In this document: positions 1 to 6,258 of the stretch, piece after piece
Position numbering within the stretch: position 1 is the stretch's first letter
How the letters are laid out: every line of letters starts with the position of its first letter
Source: Promethearchaeota archaeon
Lineage (GTDB): Archaea; Asgardarchaeota; Lokiarchaeia; Sigyniarchaeales; SOKP01
Direction: 5' to 3'
Assembly: GCA_048941265.1 (NCBI GenBank)
Contig: JBHLNT010000141.1
Span: 1 to 10,921 of the forward strand
Length of the DNA: 10,921 nt
Notes under the pieces: model-generated
Seen by the model: the letters and a program-made list of their open reading frames with translations, nothing else
Told to the model about the DNA's origin: nothing
Databases searched by the model: none
Translations under genes and position numbers: made by a program

Positions 1-823
1 GAACACCTATAATCAGCAAGTTATAATAATCATTTAAAAACTCCCACTCACGTTCAAGCTTCACTACCGTGTCTCCGGCATATTTAAACTCATAATATGA
101 AAGAATACCATCTTCTGAATATTTGAAGATGTAATCCATATCCCCTAGGTCCTCTCTATCATAACCTAGAGAAATATGAAGCGTATTCTCAAAATTATCA
201 TATGTCACCTTTATATCGTCATAGTCATATTCTTCTCTGTGAAAAGAGTTATCCAAATCATTTGTTAGTTCCTTAAAATCAATCTCCTCTGGTATGATAT
301 AAACAGCAGGAATACCTTTAGGATAGATTTTAACACTTCTATAGGAATAGATAAATCCATCAAAATACTCATAATCAACTTCTATCCAATCTTCTTTAAA
401 TTCTTTATAAAAATCCCAACTATATATGAGATTAAGTGTTCCACTTGATTTTTTTTTCCATATATTATCAGCACGTGATTTAGACTCGTGCATAATATAC
501 CACGCTCTCCCTTCCTCTATTTTAGTGATCTCTATATCTATAGCTTCAACTTTATCATCTAAATTGAATTTAGGAATGGCATAACCAGAATATTCAACCC
601 ATGTCACATTTGGATCAGAAAATACCCAATTAAACCTACCTACCCTTAAATAATCATGGTAAATATCATCTGAGGTGCTATCGGAATACTCAGCCTTCCA
701 TACGAACACGTCTCCTTCATTGAAACGCTGTGAGCCTGCGTTCTGAGCCTGTACATTACTCATAAAAGGGGTAATAAACAGCATAATTAAAGATAATGCA
801 AGCAGAATTTGAAACTTATTTAT
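1..823 (-). CDS. Secreted/cell-surface protein with signal peptide, running off the left edge of the window (partial, >=274 aa)
   Basis: Not in the ORF track because it has no stop codon in the window. My translation is open from 823 to 2: (M)NKFQILLALSLIMLFITPFMSNVQA-QNAGSQRFNEGDVFVWKAEY...YIFKYSEDGILSYYEFKYAGDTVVKLEREWEFLNDYNLLIIGV. It has a Sec-type signal peptide ending VQA and an acidic, aromatic-rich body. A hydrophobic stretch starting at the edge may be a C-terminal anchor. The SD-supported start codon is ATA at 823 and the first ATG is at 784. Confidence 0.8.
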   Translation of the reverse strand, partial: MNKFQILLALSLIMLFITPFMSNVQAQNAGSQRFNEGDVFVWKAEYSDSTSDDIYHDYLRVGRFNWVFSDPNVTWVEYSGYAIPKFNLDDKVEAIDIEITKIEEGRAWYIMHESKSRADNIWKKKSSGTLNLIYSWDFYKEFKEDWIEVDYEYFDGFIYSYRSVKIYPKGIPAVYIIPEEIDFKELTNDLDNSFHREEYDYDDIKVTYDNFENTLHISLGYDREDLGDMDYIFKYSEDGILSYYEFKYAGDTVVKLEREWEFLNDYYNLLIIGV

Positions 824-829
824 GATTCT

Positions 830-837
830 TCACCTCC
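830..837 (-). promoter_or_regulatory. Shine-Dalgarno sequence GGAGGTGA
   Basis: Plus-strand tcacctcc reads GGAGGTGA on the minus strand, the full archaeal SD consensus. It lies 6 nt upstream of the ATA codon at 823. Confidence 0.7.
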
Positions 838-887
838 AGATAATTTTTTATAACATCTCTTTTTATTTTAGTTCTTTAATTATTTAT

Positions 888-2027
888 CTAAGTAGCTTTT
901 TTCCCCTCCTTAGATAATTCCCAATCTTTATATTCATTAAGTAATGCGTCAATACTTTCTTCTATCGTTTTATATTCCCCTCCGATTTCTTCTCCAAATA
1001 ATTCACGACTGACATAACTTTTTATTAACTCCTTTATTTCATTTCTGATTGGTGTACTCTCTTCAAAACAGTCATTTTCTAATAGAGACATTTCATAACT
1101 TGAGAGGTCATATCCTTCCATTCTTAGATAATTGCGGAAATCACCAATTCTCGTGTTTATCTGACTTTTAACTCTATTATCAACATCATCATATTTGATA
1201 TCCCTAAATTCATTACGTAATGACCGGAGTTGATGGTATACGTAATTTCTTATAAGATTAGTTAAATTAGGTATTTCTTGATAATTTGAGGTCCTCTGTA
1301 TCTCAGCAAATTGGAATCTTTTAAATAAAATAAATTCGATAATACCAACCACAGGGAGCGGTAATAGAAATATGTAAAATAACAAAAATAAAAATTCACC
1401 AAAGATAAATTCTATTAAAAACAAAACCATAGAGGCAATACTATAAATTGAAAACGGGATATGCCTCTTGAAAAATGAAATATTTCTTATTATGTAAAGT
1501 AATGCTATTAAACTAAATACCCCGGTACCAATATTTATGTAAATCGGATCCACGAAATTATAATATACTAAACCGATAAAAATGTAGACCGATATGCTAA
1601 AAATAATAAAAAATATTAAATAAAAGTATTTTTTGAGGATATCTATAAAACATTTGGTTTCTTCCTTAGTAACTATCCCGACTTTCTTTATATATAATGA
1701 GTGGTCAATTAATACAATCGGAATTAAAATTATAAATACTGGATAATAAAAATAATAGGTTAAACTAAGAATATCTCCAATCATGAAGTTTATATATAAT
1801 ATCCACTGTAAAATTATGAAAATAAAGCTATATGAGCAAAGTAAGATGTGTTCTTTGAAATAATCACGGTAGCTTATCGTAAGTATTAATATTGTTGCAC
1901 TACAAATAAGGGCCGTAAGTATTAGAGTTATTGAATCAATGAAGATATATTCATAAAACAAAATGAGTATAAAATCTAAAACAACCATTGTACATATAAA
2001 AATGCTAAATATTGTATTGGACTTCAT
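888..2027 (-). CDS. Polytopic membrane protein (~8 TM, internally duplicated 4-TM unit) with a soluble helical C-terminal domain and conserved IDxL...WE...GKK tail
   Basis: 379 aa. Residues 1-237 are strongly hydrophobic with about 8 segments, followed by a charged helical region. It ends EESIDALLNEYKDWELSKEGKKAT, a motif shared with the two upstream genes. Confidence 0.8.
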   Translation of the reverse strand: MKSNTIFSIFICTMVVLDFILILFYEYIFIDSITLILTALICSATILILTISYRDYFKEHILLCSYSFIFIILQWILYINFMIGDILSLTYYFYYPVFIILIPIVLIDHSLYIKKVGIVTKEETKCFIDILKKYFYLIFFIIFSISVYIFIGLVYYNFVDPIYINIGTGVFSLIALLYIIRNISFFKRHIPFSIYSIASMVLFLIEFIFGEFLFLLFYIFLLPLPVVGIIEFILFKRFQFAEIQRTSNYQEIPNLTNLIRNYVYHQLRSLRNEFRDIKYDDVDNRVKSQINTRIGDFRNYLRMEGYDLSSYEMSLLENDCFEESTPIRNEIKELIKSYVSRELFGEEIGGEYKTIEESIDALLNEYKDWELSKEGKKAT

Positions 2028-2094
2028 TCACATAGTTAATTATTGGTTTTTTCGAACAAACATTTTTGGATTAGATAAAAATTCGTTTTTCTAG

Positions 2095-2109
2095 TATTTA
2101 TAGTTTTTA
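2095..2109 (-). promoter_or_regulatory. Candidate archaeal BRE/TATA promoter for the 888..2027 gene
   Basis: The minus strand reads TAAAAAC-TATAAATA in a 100-bp gap, about 68 nt upstream of the ATG. The AT-rich background makes this weak. Confidence 0.3.
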
Positions 2110-2127
2110 TTATTTAATTTCCTTAAG

Positions 2128-3102
2128 TTAAATCTTTTTTCCCTTACCAGTTTGCTCCCACTCGTTAAATTTCTCCATTAGATCATCGATTTCACCTTCT
2201 AAAAATGTAAATTCTATAGCCTGAGACTCCTTATCATATTTTGCTGGTATTAAATTATCTTTAATGAATTGCTTCGTGATCCTTTCAACCTGAGATTGGT
2301 TCATTTTCACATCGTCAACTATTTCCTTTAAAAGAATTCGTGGATATTTCTTAGAGAACATCAATAGGGATGTGTGAATCTTCTGGTATGCGTTATATTG
2401 CTTCTCAGATTGTATTAAATCTTTTTTCATTTTGGTAATAACGGCGATGTAGTTTTTAACATCAATAGTTTCTAAAGGCAACGATTTTGCTTGGTTGTTT
2501 AATTCTATAAGTATTTTTCCTGCCCTCTCAAATTCGTTTTGATTCATATAATTTTGAACCTCTTGTAGTTGGGTTTGAAATTGAGGAAACTTTACCTTTA
2601 TTATATTAGGATAAATTATTTTACTGATTCTTCTCTTGTAGTAAATAGAAAGAATAAGATACACAATATTTGGCAAAAAATTAATTATAAAAGCTATAAT
2701 AACCCAATAAAAGAAAATTATCATTAAAACGGATGAGATAATAAGATTAGTAATTATTATTTTCAGAATTTTTTTGTATTTCTTTATTAGTGGTATCCAA
2801 CTGTATTCATCATTATCCTTATATTTCCATATTAAGAAGAGCTTATTATGTCCCCTGTAAAACATTACCATAGACAGTAAATTAAAAATAGGTCCACTTA
2901 TAGAAAAAATGAACATAATTGATAGGGTTAAGGGCACATTTCCAATTAAAAAAGTCCCGAGAGGTGTTTCCCTCAAAAAATAGCCTATAACTATGAGTCC
3001 AGAGGCAATAAATATAGGGATTAATAGTGATAGATAGGAAAAAACTAGAGAATTATTTAAATATGAAATTCCAGAATCTTCAGCTTCATTTATATCACTC
3101 AT
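2128..3102 (-). CDS. Membrane protein (~4 N-terminal TM) with helical region and C-terminal PCI-like winged-helix domain; paralog of 3147..4088
   Basis: 324 aa with a hydrophobic N-half. YPRILLKEIVDDVKMNQSQVERITKQFIKDNLIPAKYDKESQAIEF fits the PCI winged-helix pattern (Y..I.L..LA......VE..L..LI....I.AKID......F). Tail is EGEIDDLMEKFNEWEQTGKGKKI. Confidence 0.8.
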   Translation of the reverse strand: MSDINEAEDSGISYLNNSLVFSYLSLLIPIFIASGLIVIGYFLRETPLGTFLIGNVPLTLSIMFIFSISGPIFNLLSMVMFYRGHNKLFLIWKYKDNDEYSWIPLIKKYKKILKIIITNLIISSVLMIIFFYWVIIAFIINFLPNIVYLILSIYYKRRISKIIYPNIIKVKFPQFQTQLQEVQNYMNQNEFERAGKILIELNNQAKSLPLETIDVKNYIAVITKMKKDLIQSEKQYNAYQKIHTSLLMFSKKYPRILLKEIVDDVKMNQSQVERITKQFIKDNLIPAKYDKESQAIEFTFLEGEIDDLMEKFNEWEQTGKGKKI

Positions 3103-3146
3103 AATTCCATCAGTATTTTAATTCTTAAAATTTTAATTTTTTTAAG

Positions 3147-4088
3147 TTAAATCTTTTTTCCCTCCTCGGTTAGCTCCCATTCTTCGTATCTTTTCATTAA
3201 GTCATCTATTTCCCCTTCTAAGAAAGTAAATTCTATAGCTTTAGAATCCTCGTCATATTTTGCTGGTATTAAGTTGTCCTTAATGAACTGTTTCGTAATT
3301 CTTTCTACTTTATTTTGGCTTATTTTCACGTTATCAACTAATTCTTTCAAAGTAATTCGAGGATATTTCTTAGAAAACATCAATAACGACGTATGAATTT
3401 TCTGGCGTTCAGCAAATTGCTCTTGAGAGTGAATAATGTTTTTTTCTAATTGGTCGAAATCAATGATATTTTTTTTATCACTGAAAGTTTTTAAATGCAA
3501 CAATTTAGCTTGACTTTTTATTTCTGAAATTAAGTTTATTGCCTTATTAAATTCGTTTTGGTTAATAAGATCTTCAATTTCTTGAATTTGGGATTTAAAA
3601 TGGGGGAATTCGCTATTAAATTTGCTTGAATATCTCAATATGACATCAATTTTCCTTTTCCAATAAAATAAAAGAATAATATATAAAATATTTAAGAAAA
3701 AGCTAATAAAGAAGAAGATAAAAACATAAAATGATAAAACGAGGTTTAGAATAATAAATATTAAAATCTTTTTATATTTTTTAATAAATAATATCCGTTT
3801 AAGTTCAGGGTTTTCAAGATCTTTCCATGATAATAATACCTTTTGATATACACTATAATACTTTTTGATTGAGATTATTACTAATACTGGTCCAAATATA
3901 AAGAAAAAAAGAGAAAAAGTTAATGACAGTACAATAGGCTCCCCCCAAAATAATAAATAGACATATGAGTATATATAAAGTATGATTATAGGGATAATTA
4001 GTGCAAAAGCTTCAGAGATTATTGAATAATTCAAACTAGAAATGCCATTTTTTTCTTTAGGATTTTTATTATTCATTATCAATACCAT
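3147..4088 (-). CDS. Membrane protein (~4 N-terminal TM) with helical region and C-terminal PCI-like winged-helix domain; paralog of 2128..3102
   Basis: 313 aa, with a possible start at the ATG at 4076. Same architecture as 2128..3102. The last 85 aa are 68/85 identical to it by manual count. Confidence 0.8.
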   Translation of the reverse strand: MVLIMNNKNPKEKNGISSLNYSIISEAFALIIPIIILYIYSYVYLLFWGEPIVLSLTFSLFFFIFGPVLVIISIKKYYSVYQKVLLSWKDLENPELKRILFIKKYKKILIFIILNLVLSFYVFIFFFISFFLNILYIILLFYWKRKIDVILRYSSKFNSEFPHFKSQIQEIEDLINQNEFNKAINLISEIKSQAKLLHLKTFSDKKNIIDFDQLEKNIIHSQEQFAERQKIHTSLLMFSKKYPRITLKELVDNVKISQNKVERITKQFIKDNLIPAKYDEDSKAIEFTFLEGEIDDLMKRYEEWELTEEGKKI

Positions 4089-4103
4089 TCAAGCATCTGA
4101 ATC

Positions 4104-4127
4104 TTTTTTAGCCTATTTTTTAGCCTA
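4104..4127. repeat. Perfect 12-bp tandem direct repeat (TTTTTTAGCCTA x2)
   Basis: 4104-4115 and 4116-4127 are identical. The repeat fills most of the 42-bp gap downstream of the UFM1-UFC1 gene. Confidence 0.8.
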
Positions 4128-4130
4128 ATT

Positions 4131-4943
4131 TTAACATTCTTTTTTGTCAAATTCATTGATTATAATATTTTGCTGTGCGGCCCACCACACCCAGACCTGT
4201 CGAATAAAAAAATGAACGATACCAAGATTTTCTTTCCATGCATGCGTGTTCGACATGTGCTCGTGACATATCATCACGTATTTCTTATTATCCTGTTCCC
4301 AGATATTTTTTAAAAATATTTTCCCGCAATAATCAATAATATTTGATTCTGCAAAACATCGTGGACAGACTTTGGGGTATTCTGAGGTTAGGAGGACTTT
4401 TATATCAAAATTAATTTCCGGTCGTTCTGGAACAAGTAAATTTCCATTCCAGATTAAATAATTATAGCGGGGATTTTTCTCAGGAAATAATTTAAACCAC
4501 GGCTTATTCTGGGTCATTTTTAGGTAGTTAATATACTTGAGGATCTTTTCGATTTCGAGTTTGACGCGATCTTTCCAAGCGGGATGTTTTGGTCCAATAC
4601 CTTCCCATTTCTCATGAAATTCTTGAATTAATTCGTCAAGAATAGATCGTTGCCAACTAATATCGGTCGATTTTGAGCCTACAATACCTCGATCTATAAT
4701 ATCAAAAGTATTCCCGAATTTATTAACTAATTCATTAATTGAGCTTAGTAAATCTGTAGTTGTGAGAACTTGCCCTCCAATATTGGCTATACATACATTT
4801 TGTGAAGAAATTCCAAATTTTTTTGAAATTTCGGGAATTATATCCATCAATTTTAAATTAGGGGCAACAGGAAAGGGTATTTGCTTTTTTTCAGAGCCAA
4901 ATTTATTCACGAAATAAATCGTATTTAATTCTGGTTGCGACAT
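4131..4943 (-). CDS. ufc1: Fusion of a UFM1-like ubiquitin-fold modifier (aa 1-89) and a UFC1-like E2 conjugating enzyme (aa ~100-270)
   Basis: The N-domain ends KFGNTFDIIDRGIVGS (human UFM1 as recalled: KHGSELRIIPRDRVGSC). The C-domain has GPKHPAWKDRVKLEIEKILKYI...PWFKL, FDIKVLLTSEYPKVCP, MICHEH (Cys226, nt 4266-4268) and LGIVHFFIRQVWVWWAAQ. The UFC1 equivalents are [23 protein letters not shown]...DWFRL, FDIEFDIPITYPTTAP, KICLTDH and FGLAHLMALGLGPWLAVE. Confidence 0.88.
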   Translation of the reverse strand: MSQPELNTIYFVNKFGSEKKQIPFPVAPNLKLMDIIPEISKKFGISSQNVCIANIGGQVLTTTDLLSSINELVNKFGNTFDIIDRGIVGSKSTDISWQRSILDELIQEFHEKWEGIGPKHPAWKDRVKLEIEKILKYINYLKMTQNKPWFKLFPEKNPRYNYLIWNGNLLVPERPEINFDIKVLLTSEYPKVCPRCFAESNIIDYCGKIFLKNIWEQDNKKYVMICHEHMSNTHAWKENLGIVHFFIRQVWVWWAAQQNIIINEFDKKEC

Positions 4944-4973
4944 TCTATATCCTTAACCTCGGGCTTTTCTCTT

Positions 4974-4990
4974 TATTTATAAATTTCTTT
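4974..4990 (-). promoter_or_regulatory. Candidate internal BRE/TATA promoter for the UFM1-UFC1 gene
   Basis: The minus strand reads AAAGAAA-TTTATAAATA, with the TATA box about 33 nt upstream of the ATG at 4943. A purine-rich GAGGTTAAGGA lies between them. Confidence 0.45.
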
Positions 4991-5013
4991 AATACTTTTT
5001 ATTTTTTTTATTT

Positions 5014-6255
5014 TTATAATTCTAATTTTTTTTTATCAGAATTTATACTTTTTTCAAGATTTATAATAATATTTATTAGTTCATTCTGCCATGCGAAATT
5101 TTTGGAGACTTTTTTTATATCATTAAGAAATGTCATAATATGACTTTTTACTTTCTTAGACAATTCTAAATTTGAAAATGAATTAAAAGAAACTAAGATC
5201 TTATTAAAAAACTCAAAATTCTTCTGAGAAAATCCAAAATTGTTTAATTCTGGTTTGTTAAAGCATAAAATTTTTAGATAAAATCCGAAAAAATTGAGAT
5301 GATATTCAATAGGAGCAATTATTTTTCGATTTTTGTCATCAATAACGGAATTAAACACTTTTTGAAGCAAATTATTGAAAACAATTTCTGATTTGATTAG
5401 ATTATTTAGATCTTTGAACGTTTTGGTTTCAATACTACTATAAATGGGTATTTTTAAACTCAAATCTAAAGAAAAAGGTATATAATCATTGTTTATAAAA
5501 TCATCTTTTGAAATTGGCTTTTCATCATCATTAATTATCAACTGCTCGATACTGTTAGTTTTCAGGATTGAAGGGATTTTAAGTTTGATCGGCTCTGCTG
5601 TTAATTGATTTACTAAATATTTTTTTATTAATTTATCTTCTGATACTTTTAAATTCTTTAAGAATAGTTCCATGTTGCTCCAAGCATTTTCTAAATAGTT
5701 ACTCATGGCATTAACAACTCTAACTTTCAAGTTGTTAGCATCATTTATATTATCTAAGATAGTTTTTTTTATTTTGATTAAAAATTTCTCACTTAGGCTA
5801 ATTAATAAAAATTTGGGGATTTCAGGGGAAATATTTTTTGCCTTAATTTCTTTGATTTGACTTTTGTTTCCCATTTGATAAAAATGAGTTTGCTTTCCAT
5901 TTGTTACTATTGATACACAGTTAGGGAATTGATTACTCAAGCTAATGAGAGTTGCATCATCAGTATGACTATGAAAAACTTCACTTGAGAAGGGATGTGA
6001 ATGATAGATACCAATAGGACCTATACCTTGCGGCATTACAGAGCTAATCTCATGGAACTCCTTAACATCTGGAATTGCACTTATCGTGGATTGTTGTTCA
6101 AATCGTTTACATTCAAGTATTGCTAACACATTAGGGATATCATCCTTTTGAAATCCTAACAGCCATCCATATATCTCATGTTCACTTGATAGAGCTTGAT
6201 TCTTGATTACGTTGAGCAGTATTTCAGGAATATAAAATAATTTTATAGTTACCAC
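5014..6255 (-). CDS. JAMM/MPN+ (JAB, Mov34/PAD-1) metalloprotease with a long C-terminal extension; putative Ubl-processing/deconjugating enzyme
   Basis: 413 aa with a GTG start. EIYGWLLG supplies the catalytic E27, and GIYHSHPFSSEVFHSHTD supplies H85, H87, S96 and D99, a complete JAMM motif. I cannot assign the remaining ~280 aa. Confidence 0.88.
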   Translation of the reverse strand: MVTIKLFYIPEILLNVIKNQALSSEHEIYGWLLGFQKDDIPNVLAILECKRFEQQSTISAIPDVKEFHEISSVMPQGIGPIGIYHSHPFSSEVFHSHTDDATLISLSNQFPNCVSIVTNGKQTHFYQMGNKSQIKEIKAKNISPEIPKFLLISLSEKFLIKIKKTILDNINDANNLKVRVVNAMSNYLENAWSNMELFLKNLKVSEDKLIKKYLVNQLTAEPIKLKIPSILKTNSIEQLIINDDEKPISKDDFINNDYIPFSLDLSLKIPIYSSIETKTFKDLNNLIKSEIVFNNLLQKVFNSVIDDKNRKIIAPIEYHLNFFGFYLKILCFNKPELNNFGFSQKNFEFFNKILVSFNSFSNLELSKKVKSHIMTFLNDIKKVSKNFAWQNELINIIINLEKSINSDKKKLEL

Positions 6256-6258
6256 CTA

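Noticed and set aside
2128-6255. Proteasome lid operon (Rpn11 plus PCI subunits)
   Set aside because: The PCI-like proteins are polytopic membrane proteins with short helical parts, and no proteasome core or PAN genes are in the window.
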